64,000 bases of DNA from an uncultured Bacilli bacterium (GTDB taxonomy: Bacteria > Bacillota_I > Bacilli_A > RF39 > UBA660). Every line of letters begins with the position of its first letter. Position 1 is the first letter of the stretch. This document shows positions 28,902 through 38,440 of the stretch, piece after piece. Made by a program: the position numbers and the translations under genes. The notes under the pieces were generated by a model that worked only from the letters and a program-made list of their open reading frames with translations, was not told the DNA's origin and made no database searches. Location of the stretch: assembly GCA_934177995.1 (NCBI GenBank), contig CAKPPW010000003.1, positions 5,938 through 69,937 of the forward strand, in the 5' to 3' direction.

Positions 28902-30647
28902 ATGAGTTTATTAAAAACAATAGAAGAAGATTTAACAAAGAAGATGAATGAATCATCTATTCCAATCGAAAAAGTAACTTTATTAGAAAGTAAACGTAAA
29001 GATTTAGGAGATTATCAATTAAATGATGCGATGAGTCTTGCTAAAATATTACATAAGAGTCCAATGCTTATTGCTGAAGATATGAAGAAAGTTTTAGAAG
29101 AAAGTAATTATTTTTCTAAAGTAGAAATAGCAGCAGTTGGATTTCTTAATGTTACCTTAAAAGATGAGTTGTTAGTAGAATTTGTAAATAACTATTATAA
29201 TAGCGACTCTAAAGATGTTGATAAGTTAGTTAATAAAAAAATATTTTTAGATTACGGTGGAGCTAATATTGCTAAGACTCTGCATGTTGGTCATTTAAGA
29301 AGTGCTAATATTGGGGAAGCTTTAAAAAGATTAACTAAAAGACTTGGACAAGAGGTTATCTGTGATGTTCATTTTGGTGATATTGGTAGACAGTCTGGAA
29401 TGGTTATTTATGAGTTAAGAAATAGATATCCTAATCTTAATTATTTTAAAGAAGAAGAAAGTGATAACTGGGATGAGTTACCAATAACAGCTAAAGATTT
29501 AGAAGAAATATATCCAGTAGCTAGTACTAAAGCTAAAGAAGATGAAAACATCATGGAAGAGGTAAGACTTATTACTAAAGAGTTAGAAGAAGGTAAACCT
29601 AGTTATGTAGCTTTATGGGATAAGATTAAAAAATTATCAATAGAAGATATTAAAGAAGTTTATAAAAAGTTTAATACTGATTTTGATTTATGGGAAGGTG
29701 AAAGTGACTGTTATTCTTATATGATGCCTATGCTAGAAGAATTAAGAAAAGATGGTTACTTAAAGAAAAGTGAAGGAGCAGAAATAATTGAAATAAAAAA
29801 AGATACTGATAAAGCTCCTATGCCTGACCTTGTAGTAGTAAAGAGTAATGGAGCTACTTTATATGCTACTCGTGAGTTAGCAACTATGGTATCAAGAGTT
29901 AAACGTTTTAATCCTGATGAAATGTGGTATTTAACTGATTTAAGACAAGGACTTTATTTTGAACAAGTATTTAGAGCAGCTCATAAGACTAAAATAGTAA
30001 GTGATGATACTAAGTTAGAATTCTTTGGATTTGGAACAATGAATGGTCCAGATGGTAAACCATTTAAGACAAGAGATGGAGGTGCTTTATCCCTAAAAAG
30101 CCTTTTAAAAGAAGTAAAAGAAGAAGTAGCAAATCATTCTCATAACTTGGAAACTGAAGAAAATAAAGATGAAATAATTGAACAAATAGCAGTAGCAGCT
30201 ATTAAATATGCTGATTTATTATCAAATAGAACAACTGATTATATCTTTGATCCTAAAAAATTTGTTGATGTTGAAGGAAAAACTGGTCCATATCTTTTAT
30301 ATACTACTATAAGAATGAAATCACTATTAAAGAAAGCTAGAGAAAATAACTTGGATTATAGTAAATATACAAAGATTAGTGACGATGTTGAAAAAGAATT
30401 AATAACACTATTATTATCTAAGAATAAAGTATTACATAAAGCATATGATACAAAAGAATTAAATGTAATATCAGATTATTTATATCAACTTACTAGTACC
30501 TATAGTAAATTCTATGAAAAATGTCATGTTTTAACTGAAAAAGATAAAAATATTCAAGAAAATTGGTTACTTTTAACGAAAAATGTATATGATACAAATG
30601 TAGAGTTATTGACTATTTTAGGAATTGAAATACCTGAAAAAATGTAA
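28902..30647 (+). CDS. argS: Arginine--tRNA ligase
   Basis: Class I HIGH-type motif AKTLHVGHLRS, FKTRDGG loop, 581 aa. Confidence 0.9.
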   Translation: MSLLKTIEEDLTKKMNESSIPIEKVTLLESKRKDLGDYQLNDAMSLAKILHKSPMLIAEDMKKVLEESNYFSKVEIAAVGFLNVTLKDELLVEFVNNYYNSDSKDVDKLVNKKIFLDYGGANIAKTLHVGHLRSANIGEALKRLTKRLGQEVICDVHFGDIGRQSGMVIYELRNRYPNLNYFKEEESDNWDELPITAKDLEEIYPVASTKAKEDENIMEEVRLITKELEEGKPSYVALWDKIKKLSIEDIKEVYKKFNTDFDLWEGESDCYSYMMPMLEELRKDGYLKKSEGAEIIEIKKDTDKAPMPDLVVVKSNGATLYATRELATMVSRVKRFNPDEMWYLTDLRQGLYFEQVFRAAHKTKIVSDDTKLEFFGFGTMNGPDGKPFKTRDGGALSLKSLLKEVKEEVANHSHNLETEENKDEIIEQIAVAAIKYADLLSNRTTDYIFDPKKFVDVEGKTGPYLLYTTIRMKSLLKKARENNLDYSKYTKISDDVEKELITLLLSKNKVLHKAYDTKELNVISDYLYQLTSTYSKFYEKCHVLTEKDKNIQENWLLLTKNVYDTNVELLTILGIEIPEKM

Positions 30648-30757
30648 AGTATATAAAAAAGTATTGCAATTGCTAATAAAAAATGATATAAGTTTATATG
30701 ATTTGAATATTAAGAAGAAATTCATTTTGAATAGACTTTAATACGGGAGGAAAAGAA

Positions 30758-31204
30758 ATGAAGTTGTCAGAAATGAAAAAAGAAGAATTAGAATTATTGT
30801 CAAATAAAGACATCACATTTTATCTTTTAGAGGAGCAAGGAAAGCAAAATACTGCTGAGCTTTTTAAAAGCATTGTAACTTTGTTAGAACTTCCAAGTAG
30901 TACTTTTGAAGAGAAAATAGGAGATTATTATACATCACTTACTACAGATAAACGTTTTATCATGTTAGAAGATGGTTGTTGGGATTTAAGAAGTCGTCAT
31001 ACATCTGATAAAATAGCTAAAATAGAAGATGAAGAAGATGATGATGAAGAATCAGATGAAATAAAGGATGACATGATTACTGATGACATGGAAGAAGATA
31101 ATTATGATTCAGGAGATGCTGATGACGATGATGATTATGTTGATCCTAATGAAGATTTAAAAGACTTGGTTGTCGTTGATGAAGAAGAACTAGAAAATGA
31201 ATAG
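30758..31204 (+). CDS. rpoE: RNA polymerase delta subunit
   Basis: HARE-HTH-like N-domain (LTTDKRFIMLEDGCWDLRSRH) plus a long Asp/Glu tail. Confidence 0.88.
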   Translation: MKLSEMKKEELELLSNKDITFYLLEEQGKQNTAELFKSIVTLLELPSSTFEEKIGDYYTSLTTDKRFIMLEDGCWDLRSRHTSDKIAKIEDEEDDDEESDEIKDDMITDDMEEDNYDSGDADDDDDYVDPNEDLKDLVVVDEEELENE

Positions 31205-31212
31205 TTCTTTTT
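31186..31212 (+). terminator. Terminator overlapping the rpoE 3' end
   Basis: agaacta...tagttct followed by tttt. Confidence 0.55.
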
Positions 31213-31290
31213 CTTTAAATTATTTGCAAGAGATGTTGTAGCTATGATATAATTAGCTCGACAGTCAGACAAAGAAAGGACTTGATTTAG

Positions 31291-32352
31291 ATGATAGAAA
31301 GATTAGAAGCTACGCTTACTAAATATAATCAATTACAGACTGAGTTAATGAGTGAAGATGTTTTAAAAAATATTAATAAAACAAGGGAGATATCTAAAGA
31401 GATAGCAGATTTAGAAGAAGTAGTAACAGAATATAAGAAATATAAAAAAGTATTAGAATCTATTATAGATACTAAAGAAATGTTAAATGATGATGAACTA
31501 AAAGAAATAGCTAAAGAAGAATTAAAAAGTTTAGAAGAAGAAAAAGAAAGCATTGAAAAGAATCTAGAAATATTATTAATACCAAAGGATCCTAATGATT
31601 CTAAAAACGTTATTATGGAAATAAGAGGAGCAGCTGGTGGAGATGAAGCTAATATCTTTGCAGGTGATTTGTTTAGAATGTATTCAAGATATGCAGAAAG
31701 AATAGGTTTAAAGATAGAAATAATTAATGCTGTTGAAGGAACTGCTGGTGGATTTAGTCAAATAGAATTTATGATTAAAGGGCAAGGTGCATATTCTAAA
31801 CTTAAGTATGAAAGTGGGTCACACAGAGTACAAAGAGTACCAGTCACAGAAAGTAATGGAAGAATTCAAACTTCTACAGCCACTGTTTTAGTAATGCCAG
31901 AAGCAGAGGATGTTAATATTACGATTGATCCAAAAGATTTAAGAATTGATATCTTTAGATCATCAGGTTGTGGTGGTCAAGGAGTAAATACTACAGATAG
32001 TGCTGTTAGAATTACCCATTTACCTACTAATACAGTAGTAACTTGTCAAAATGAGAGAAGTCAAATTCAAAATAAGGAACAAGCTATGAAAGTATTAAAA
32101 GCAAGACTTTATGATTTAGAACAACAGAAACATGACCAAGAACTTGGTAGTGAAAGAAGAAGTAAGATAGGTACAGGAGATAGAGCAGAAAAGATAAGAA
32201 CTTACAACTATCCACAAAATAGAGTAACAGATCATCGTATTGGTTTTACTACTAATAGTTTAGATAGAGTAATGAATGGTCAATTAGATGAGATAATAGA
32301 TGCTTTGACTATGGAAGATCAAAGAAGAAAATTAGCTGGTGAAGAAGCATAA
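31291..32352 (+). CDS. prfA: Peptide chain release factor 1
   Basis: PVT tripeptide (RVPVTESNGRIQTS) and GGQ motif (SGCGGQGVNTTDSAVRITHLPT). Confidence 0.95.
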   Translation: MIERLEATLTKYNQLQTELMSEDVLKNINKTREISKEIADLEEVVTEYKKYKKVLESIIDTKEMLNDDELKEIAKEELKSLEEEKESIEKNLEILLIPKDPNDSKNVIMEIRGAAGGDEANIFAGDLFRMYSRYAERIGLKIEIINAVEGTAGGFSQIEFMIKGQGAYSKLKYESGSHRVQRVPVTESNGRIQTSTATVLVMPEAEDVNITIDPKDLRIDIFRSSGCGGQGVNTTDSAVRITHLPTNTVVTCQNERSQIQNKEQAMKVLKARLYDLEQQKHDQELGSERRSKIGTGDRAEKIRTYNYPQNRVTDHRIGFTTNSLDRVMNGQLDEIIDALTMEDQRRKLAGEEA

Positions 32353-33179
32353 TGACAGTTGAAGAATTAATTGTATATGGTAAGGGTAAGACAAGTAGTG
32401 ATCATGCTAAGATGCTACTTTCTTCGTATTTAGATGTTAATCCTTTAGAATTATTAACTATTTTAGATAAAGAGGTAGATAGTGATATAGAAAAGTTATA
32501 TAAGTCATCACTAGAAGCTTTAAAAGAAAATAAACCTATTCAATATGTTATTGGTAATGTTAATTTCTATGGACTTAAGTTTATTGTTAATAAAAATGTG
32601 TTGATACCACGATTTGAGACAGAAGAGCTGGTAGAACAGGTAGTAGAATATGCTAGAGGTTTAAATAAAGATAAAATTAAAATATTAGATTTAGGTTGTG
32701 GTAGTGGAGCAATTGGTCTTACTCTTAAAAGTATCTTAAAAGATAGTGAAGTAACACTAGTAGATATATCAAAAGAGGCTTTAGAGGTAGCTAGATTAAA
32801 TGCTAATAATCTTAATCTTGATGTTACATTTATCGAAAGTGATTGGTTTTCTAATGTAGGACTAGATAAGTATGATATTATTGTTTCTAATCCACCATAT
32901 ATAAGAACAAATGAAGAAATAGAAGAAATAGTAAGGAATAATGAGCCATCTTTAGCACTTTATGGAGGAATAGATGGTCTTGATTGTTATAGAAAAATAT
33001 TAGTTAATATTAAACCATATTTAAATGATAAATTTTTAATAGCTTTCGAAATAGGAGAAAGTCAAAAAGAAGAAATTTATGATATTGTAAATAAATATCT
33101 ATATGATGTAGAAATTACTTGTAAAAAAGATTTGTATGGTCGAAATAGAATGATATTTGTTAGAAATAAAAATGATTAA
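32352..33179 (+). CDS. prmC: Release factor glutamine methyltransferase PrmC
   Basis: DLGCGSGAIG and NPPY, coupled to prfA (TAATGA). Confidence 0.9.
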   Translation: MTVEELIVYGKGKTSSDHAKMLLSSYLDVNPLELLTILDKEVDSDIEKLYKSSLEALKENKPIQYVIGNVNFYGLKFIVNKNVLIPRFETEELVEQVVEYARGLNKDKIKILDLGCGSGAIGLTLKSILKDSEVTLVDISKEALEVARLNANNLNLDVTFIESDWFSNVGLDKYDIIVSNPPYIRTNEEIEEIVRNNEPSLALYGGIDGLDCYRKILVNIKPYLNDKFLIAFEIGESQKEEIYDIVNKYLYDVEITCKKDLYGRNRMIFVRNKND

Positions 33180-33229
33180 AAATGATAAAAAGTCACCATT
33201 AATATATTAGAAAAAGGGTGATTTTTTTA

Positions 33230-33748
33230 ATGAAGAAATTTCTAATAATAATAAGTTTAATCATTATCTCTTTAGCTAGTTATACTAAAGGAAAGGAAAT
33301 TGTTATACCTGATGAAGCTATTAGGTTTAGAGTAGTTGCTAAGTCTAATAGTAAAGAAGATCAAAAGATAAAGATGAAGGTTAAAGATAATTTACAAGTA
33401 GAGATAAGTGAATTATTAAAAAATAGTAAGTCTATTGATGAATCTAGGAAATTGTTAAAAGCTAATCAAAATAATTTTTCAACTAATGTTAGAAACACTT
33501 TATTAACAAATAAGAGTAATGATATTTATAACATTAATTATGGATTAAACTATTTTCCTAAGAAAGAATATAAAGGTATAACCTATAAAGAGGGATATTA
33601 TGAATCTTTAGTGGTTACCATAGGAGATGGAAAAGGTGATAACTGGTGGTGTGTTTTATTTCCCCCATTTTGTCTTATAGAAAATGATAAAAAAACAGAT
33701 GTAGAATATCGTCTATATATTAAAGATATGCTAGAAAAATACTTCTAA
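33230..33748 (+). CDS. spoIIR: Stage II sporulation protein R
   Basis: VIPDEAIRFRVVAKSNSKEDQKIK and GDGKGDNWWCVLFPPFCL closely match B. subtilis SpoIIR motifs. The ORF track starts at 33218. Confidence 0.88.
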   Translation: MKKFLIIISLIIISLASYTKGKEIVIPDEAIRFRVVAKSNSKEDQKIKMKVKDNLQVEISELLKNSKSIDESRKLLKANQNNFSTNVRNTLLTNKSNDIYNINYGLNYFPKKEYKGITYKEGYYESLVVTIGDGKGDNWWCVLFPPFCLIENDKKTDVEYRLYIKDMLEKYF

Positions 33749-33787
33749 CAGATAGATTATTTACATAAATTCTTAGTAGGTGGTGCT

Positions 33788-34330
33788 ATGAATTTAGGAC
33801 AATTAATAATAATCTCTATTAGTCTAAGTATGGATGCTTTTTCTCTAGCTATAATTTATGGAACATTAGGTCTTGATAAAAAAATGACTAATTTATTAAG
33901 TTTAATGGTAGGATCATTTCATTTTTTTATGCCTATACTTGGTAATCTAATTGGATTATTTCTTTTAGAATCATTCTTACCTAATCCTGATTTGTTAGTG
34001 GGTATAATTTTTACTATATTAGCTAGTGAGATGCTCTTGAGCTTAAAAGATTTAGATGCAAGAAAAATTAAAATAACTAGTTTTTATCAAGCCTTATTAT
34101 TTGCGTTTAGTGTAAGTATAGATAGTTTTTCAGTAGGTATAGGATTAGGTGTGCATGAAGAAAATACGGTTTTATGTGGATTATTATTCTCTATATTTAG
34201 TTTTTTATTTACAAAAATAGGATTAGATTGTGGTAAGAGATTAACTATTAGATTTGGTAAGATTGCTAATATCTTTGGAAGTATAATTTTATTAATACTT
34301 GGAATAAAATATTTGCTTATTTCATTTTAG
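33788..34330 (+). CDS. mntP: MntP/YtaF (DUF204) family membrane protein, putative manganese efflux pump
   Basis: Two DUF204-like halves (SMDAFSLAI / SIDSFSVGIGLG). Neighbourhood with spoIIR as B. subtilis ywlD. Confidence 0.65.
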   Translation: MNLGQLIIISISLSMDAFSLAIIYGTLGLDKKMTNLLSLMVGSFHFFMPILGNLIGLFLLESFLPNPDLLVGIIFTILASEMLLSLKDLDARKIKITSFYQALLFAFSVSIDSFSVGIGLGVHEENTVLCGLLFSIFSFLFTKIGLDCGKRLTIRFGKIANIFGSIILLILGIKYLLISF

Positions 34331-34376
34331 AAGTATATTTATAAAAATAATGTTAATAGTAATAAGGGAGGTAAAA

Positions 34377-34529
34377 ATGAAAAATAAAAACAATAATAGT
34401 AAGCAGAAGGAAAAAAGTCAAAATAGAAATTGTCCATCTGCGAAAGAAGTAAACGAAAAAGAAATGTTTAGTAGACAAGAAGATTGTCCTAAAGATGAAT
34501 TAGAAAATCAAGAAAATGAAAGATTTTAA
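34377..34529 (+). CDS. Unannotated 50-aa highly hydrophilic small protein
   Basis: ATG 34377 preceded by AAGGGAGG. MKNKNNNSKQKEKSQNRNCPSAKEVNEKEMFSRQEDCPKDELENQENERF. Followed directly by a hairpin terminator. Confidence 0.5.
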   Translation: MKNKNNNSKQKEKSQNRNCPSAKEVNEKEMFSRQEDCPKDELENQENERF

Positions 34530-34560
34530 CGAAAATTTAAAATTTTTCGTTTCTTTTTTT
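34528..34560 (+). terminator. Intrinsic terminator after the small ORF
   Basis: aacgaaaa...ttttcgtt stem followed by tcttttttt. Confidence 0.65.
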
Positions 34561-34588
34561 TGACAAATTACTTGTTTTTCTTTATTAT
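34560..34588 (+). promoter_or_regulatory. Candidate promoter of murA
   Basis: TTGACA 34560-34565, 17-nt spacer, TATTAT 34583-34588. Confidence 0.4.
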
Positions 34589-34690
34589 ATTAGTAGAGAT
34601 ACAGTTTTTAGAGTGATTTATTTATTTTTAAGTCTAGTTGGAAACAAATTTTAAAATACTAATATAATATAGCGAAAGAGAGTAAGATAT

Positions 34691-35944
34691 ATGAAGTTAT
34701 TAGAAATTAATGGTGGAAATAAGTTAACTGGTACCATTAGAGTTAGTGGTGCTAAAAATAGTGCTGTGGCTTTAATACCGGCAGCCATATTATCAGATGA
34801 AGAAGTAACTATTTGCAATGTACCAGATATTACTGATACAGAAGCATTATGTGAAATATTATCTTTTTTAGGAGCAAAGGTTAAAAGAGCTAGTGAGACT
34901 ATTGTAATAGATTCGAAAGAGTTAGAAAATAAAGAAATACCAGCTTCTTTAGCAAAGAAACTTAGAGCTTCATATTATTTTATGGGAGCGTTACTAGGTA
35001 AATATAAGAAAGTTACTATGTCATTACCAGGTGGTTGTTCTATAGGAGCAAGACCAATTAATTTACATTTAAAAGGTTTTGAAGCTTTAGGAGCTAAAGT
35101 AACTAATAAAGATAACTGCTATATAGTAGAAGCTGAGGAGTTAATAGGTAATAATATTTATCTAGATTTTGCTAGTGTAGGAGCTACTATTAATATAATG
35201 TTGGCAGCTGTAAAAGCTAAAGGAAAAACAATTATTGATAATGCCGCTAAAGAACCAGAAATAGTAAATGTTGCTACCTTATTAAATAATATGGGTGCTA
35301 AAATAAGAGGAGCAGGTACTTCAAGTATTGAAATAGAAGGTGTTTCTTATCTTGGTAAGTGTTTTCATGAAGTAATTCCTGATAGAATAGAAGCTGGAAC
35401 TTATGTTATTCTAGGAGCAGCTGTAGGAGAAAACTTGAAAGTTGATAATATTATTCCTGAACATATTGAATCTTTAACTAGTAAACTAGAAGAGATGGGT
35501 GTTTTCCTTGATATTGGAGCAGATTATATAATTGTTAGTAAACAAGATAATTATAAAGCAATTCATGTTAAGACACAGACATATCCTGGATTTCCAACTG
35601 ATTTGCAACAACCACTTACACCATTACTTACTGCTTGTAAAGGACAAAGTAAAATAGAAGAAACTATTTATGAAAATAGATTTATGCACATACCATATCT
35701 AAATTCAATGGGAGCAGATATACGAGTAAAAAATCAAACATCTACTGTCATTGGTCCTACAAAACTAGTTGGTTGTGATGTGGTAGCAACTGATTTAAGA
35801 GCTGGAGCATCTTTAGTAATAGCTGGTTTGATGGCTGAGGGTACAACTAAGATAACTAATGTAGAGCATATCTTAAGAGGATATGAAAATATTGTAGAAA
35901 AATTAACAAATGTTGGTGCTAAAGTAGAAATTAGAGAAATATAA
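34691..35944 (+). CDS. murA: UDP-N-acetylglucosamine 1-carboxyvinyltransferase
   Basis: RVSGAKNSAVALIPAA, active-site loop LPGGCSIGARPINLH. Confidence 0.95.
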   Translation: MKLLEINGGNKLTGTIRVSGAKNSAVALIPAAILSDEEVTICNVPDITDTEALCEILSFLGAKVKRASETIVIDSKELENKEIPASLAKKLRASYYFMGALLGKYKKVTMSLPGGCSIGARPINLHLKGFEALGAKVTNKDNCYIVEAEELIGNNIYLDFASVGATINIMLAAVKAKGKTIIDNAAKEPEIVNVATLLNNMGAKIRGAGTSSIEIEGVSYLGKCFHEVIPDRIEAGTYVILGAAVGENLKVDNIIPEHIESLTSKLEEMGVFLDIGADYIIVSKQDNYKAIHVKTQTYPGFPTDLQQPLTPLLTACKGQSKIEETIYENRFMHIPYLNSMGADIRVKNQTSTVIGPTKLVGCDVVATDLRAGASLVIAGLMAEGTTKITNVEHILRGYENIVEKLTNVGAKVEIREI

Positions 35945-35976
35945 TATTATGACTCTAATTTTTTTTAGGTGATAAA

Positions 35977-36708
35977 ATGAAACATAAAAAACTTATTATC
36001 TTTTGTTTACTACTTTTAATAATTTACTTAATCTATATGTCATTTCATAATGATAAAATTAATTATTTAGCTATTGGAGACTCTTTATCTTTAGGAGTAA
36101 ATGCTTATAATGAAGAGGGTTATGGCTATAGTGACTATTTAGCTAGTTATCTTAAAGAAAATAATAAACTTAATAATTATAGTAAAGACTTCGCTTTTGC
36201 AGGTTTTAGAATAGCAGATTTACAACACCAACTTGACATGAATCAGATAATAACAAAACAAGATAAGTCTTTATCTTTTAAAAAATGTTTAAGAGAAGCA
36301 GATTTAGTAACTATATCAATAGGCGGTAATGACTTGTTGACTGAGATAAATATGTCAACTAGCGATATATCTATAATAGATGAGAAAAAAGTATTAGATA
36401 TATTTTCTAAAAAAATGCAAGAATTAGATAATTTACTTAAGAATATTAGAAAATATAATAATAGAAAAATAATTTTACTTGGTTATTATAATCCTTATGA
36501 GTATAAAGATATAGTTCCCGATAGAGTTTTTGCATATTTTGATGAAGAGATGAAGAAAGTGGCTACTAAGTATGATATAGAATTTGTGTCAATTTATCGA
36601 GTTTTCAAAAATAATAATGATTATTTACCAAATCCTACTAATATTCATCCTTCAAGTAAAGGGTATAAAGCAATATATCTAGAGATAGTGAAACATTTGA
36701 AAAAGTAA
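35977..36708 (+). CDS. SGNH/GDSL-family hydrolase with N-terminal membrane anchor
   Basis: Block I AIGDSLSLG, block III GGNDL, block V NIHPSSKGY. Confidence 0.8.
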   Translation: MKHKKLIIFCLLLLIIYLIYMSFHNDKINYLAIGDSLSLGVNAYNEEGYGYSDYLASYLKENNKLNNYSKDFAFAGFRIADLQHQLDMNQIITKQDKSLSFKKCLREADLVTISIGGNDLLTEINMSTSDISIIDEKKVLDIFSKKMQELDNLLKNIRKYNNRKIILLGYYNPYEYKDIVPDRVFAYFDEEMKKVATKYDIEFVSIYRVFKNNNDYLPNPTNIHPSSKGYKAIYLEIVKHLKK

Positions 36709-36801
36709 AAAAGTCTTGCCTTTCGTAAAAAAGTTTGATATATTATTAGCGGTTAGTCATTACTATGATATGAATTTATCATGGCGGAAGGAGAGATATA
36801 C

Positions 36802-37017
36802 ATGAAAAAGGGAATTCATCCAGAATATAAAACTTGTAAAGTTACTTGTGCATGTGGAGAAACATTTGAAGTTAAATCAAATAAAGACGAATTAACAGTT
36901 GAAGTTTGTTCAAAATGTCATCCATTCTATACAGGTAAGCAATCTCGTGCTTCACGTACAGGTCGTGTTGACAAGTTTAATAAAAAATATGGTTATACCC
37001 AAGATGCAGAAGCTTAA
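36802..37017 (+). CDS. rpmE: 50S ribosomal protein L31 (Cys-containing type A)
   Basis: MKKGIHPEY...CACGE...[22 protein letters not shown] upstream. Confidence 0.95.
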   Translation: MKKGIHPEYKTCKVTCACGETFEVKSNKDELTVEVCSKCHPFYTGKQSRASRTGRVDKFNKKYGYTQDAEA

Positions 37018-37030
37018 TTGCTTCTTTTTT
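37008..37030 (+). terminator. Terminator after rpmE
   Basis: agaagc-ttaatt-gcttct followed by ttttt. Confidence 0.6.
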
Positions 37031-37064
37031 CTTGCACTCTAAATAAAAAAATGATATTCTCAAT

Positions 37065-37574
37065 ATGGTGAGTAGTGTGGATGATATGTTTGATTTTGAC
37101 TTGTGGGAAGAATGTTTACTAGAAGAGAATAAACCTCAAGAAGCTGATAAAAAAAGATTAGAATTGTTTAATATGAGTCAAACTTATTTTCCAAATGATG
37201 TCGTATATTTTTATAATGGTTTTAGAGAGTTGAAAGCTAGTAATCAAATTGTTTGTGACATAAGTGGCTCTATAATAAGAAAAGGTACATTATACTGTTA
37301 TTACAATCCATTGATTCAAAATAAAAGAACTGGTATTCGGTATAAATTAACAAGACCAATAAAAATAGAGACTAGTTATGAAGAATATTTACCAAGAGAT
37401 ATGTTTTCATTTGAAGAACTAGATGAAGCTTTAAGTAAAGATAATTTAGAATGCTTTTATCATGGAATAGATGTATCGCATTTAGCAGTAGTGATGGGTG
37501 GAAGACTTGGTTTGAAAAATGCTAAGACTAAAAATTATCCACAAAGCTGTGGAAAAGTTTTACTAAAAAAATAA
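37065..37574 (+). CDS. Hypothetical protein
   Basis: 169-aa ORF with no family recognised by eye. The 3' end overlaps the first two DnaA boxes of the 37.5-kb cluster. Confidence 0.45.
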   Translation: MVSSVDDMFDFDLWEECLLEENKPQEADKKRLELFNMSQTYFPNDVVYFYNGFRELKASNQIVCDISGSIIRKGTLYCYYNPLIQNKRTGIRYKLTRPIKIETSYEEYLPRDMFSFEELDEALSKDNLECFYHGIDVSHLAVVMGGRLGLKNAKTKNYPQSCGKVLLKK

Positions 37575-37743
37575 ACAATTAGCTGTGGATAAAATTTTTT
37601 TGTGGAATAATACACAATACCTGTGGAAAATAATAAATGGTTAAAAACTATTCACAAATGTTGTGGAAAACCTATTTAAGATAAAAATATCATTGTGGAA
37701 AAAATTAAAAGAACATATTTTATTAACAATTAATTGTGGAAAG
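37535..37743. promoter_or_regulatory. Extra-origin DnaA-box cluster immediately upstream of rpiB
   Basis: Perfect TTATCCACA at 37535-37543 and TGTGGATAA at 37584-37592. TGTGGAAAA at 37548-37556, 37622-37630, 37662-37670 and 37694-37702. TGTGGAAAG 37735-37743. Weaker TGTGGAATA 37601-37609. Confidence 0.8.
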
Positions 37744-37755
37744 AAGGAAATAAAT

Positions 37756-38202
37756 ATGAAATTAGGAATTACATCAGATCATAGAGGATTTAAATTAAAA
37801 ACAAACTTATTTAAAAGACTAGAAGAGGAATATCAGATAATTGACTTTGGTACTTTTAGTGAAGAAAGTGTTGATTATCCTGATTATGCTTTTAAATTAA
37901 GTGAAGAAGTAGCTAATAAAAACCTAGATTATGGAATAGCTATTTGTGGAAGTGGAATTGGCATAAGTATTGCTTGTAATAAAGTTAAGGGAATAAGAGC
38001 GGCTAGAGTAGTATCATTAGAAGATGTTTTAGAAACTAGAACTGATAACGATGCTAATATAATATGTCTTAGTGAAAAGTTATCAACTGATGAAGCATAT
38101 ACTCTAGTTAAAAAATTTATTGAAACACCATTTTCAATTGAAGAAAGACATCATAGAAGAATTGAAAAAATAGCTAAATATGAGGATAGTCATGAGTGCT
38201 AA
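37756..38202 (+). CDS. rpiB: Ribose-5-phosphate isomerase B (RpiB/LacAB family)
   Basis: MKLGITSDHRGFKLK, GIAICGSGIGISIACNK. The ORF-track N-extension is translated DnaA boxes and is rejected. Confidence 0.88.
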   Translation: MKLGITSDHRGFKLKTNLFKRLEEEYQIIDFGTFSEESVDYPDYAFKLSEEVANKNLDYGIAICGSGIGISIACNKVKGIRAARVVSLEDVLETRTDNDANIICLSEKLSTDEAYTLVKKFIETPFSIEERHHRRIEKIAKYEDSHEC

Positions 38203-38389
38203 ATATTTTATTTACATTTTAGTGGGAATCTTAGTTATTTGGTCTTTTGATTCTTTAAATATAAATTCATTATTTAAAAAAAATAGAGTACTACAAGCTA
38301 GAGTTTTATACTTTATGTTAGCACTTTCAATGACCTACTTAGTAACTAACTTTATTTGGGACTTTTTTACAGTATCAAAAATTTTTTAA
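38192..38389 (+). CDS. DUF1146 (YwzB-like) small membrane protein
   Basis: NRVLQARVLYFMLALSMTYLVTNFIWDF resembles B. subtilis YwzB (KVVQARLL...VANFFLDY). ATG 38192 with GAGGA upstream. Confidence 0.65.
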   Translation: MSAKYFIYILVGILVIWSFDSLNINSLFKKNRVLQARVLYFMLALSMTYLVTNFIWDFFTVSKIF

Positions 38390-38440
38390 AAAATTGTATA
38401 ATTTTCGCCTTTTAGGTAAAACTTTAAATGAGGTGAAAAT

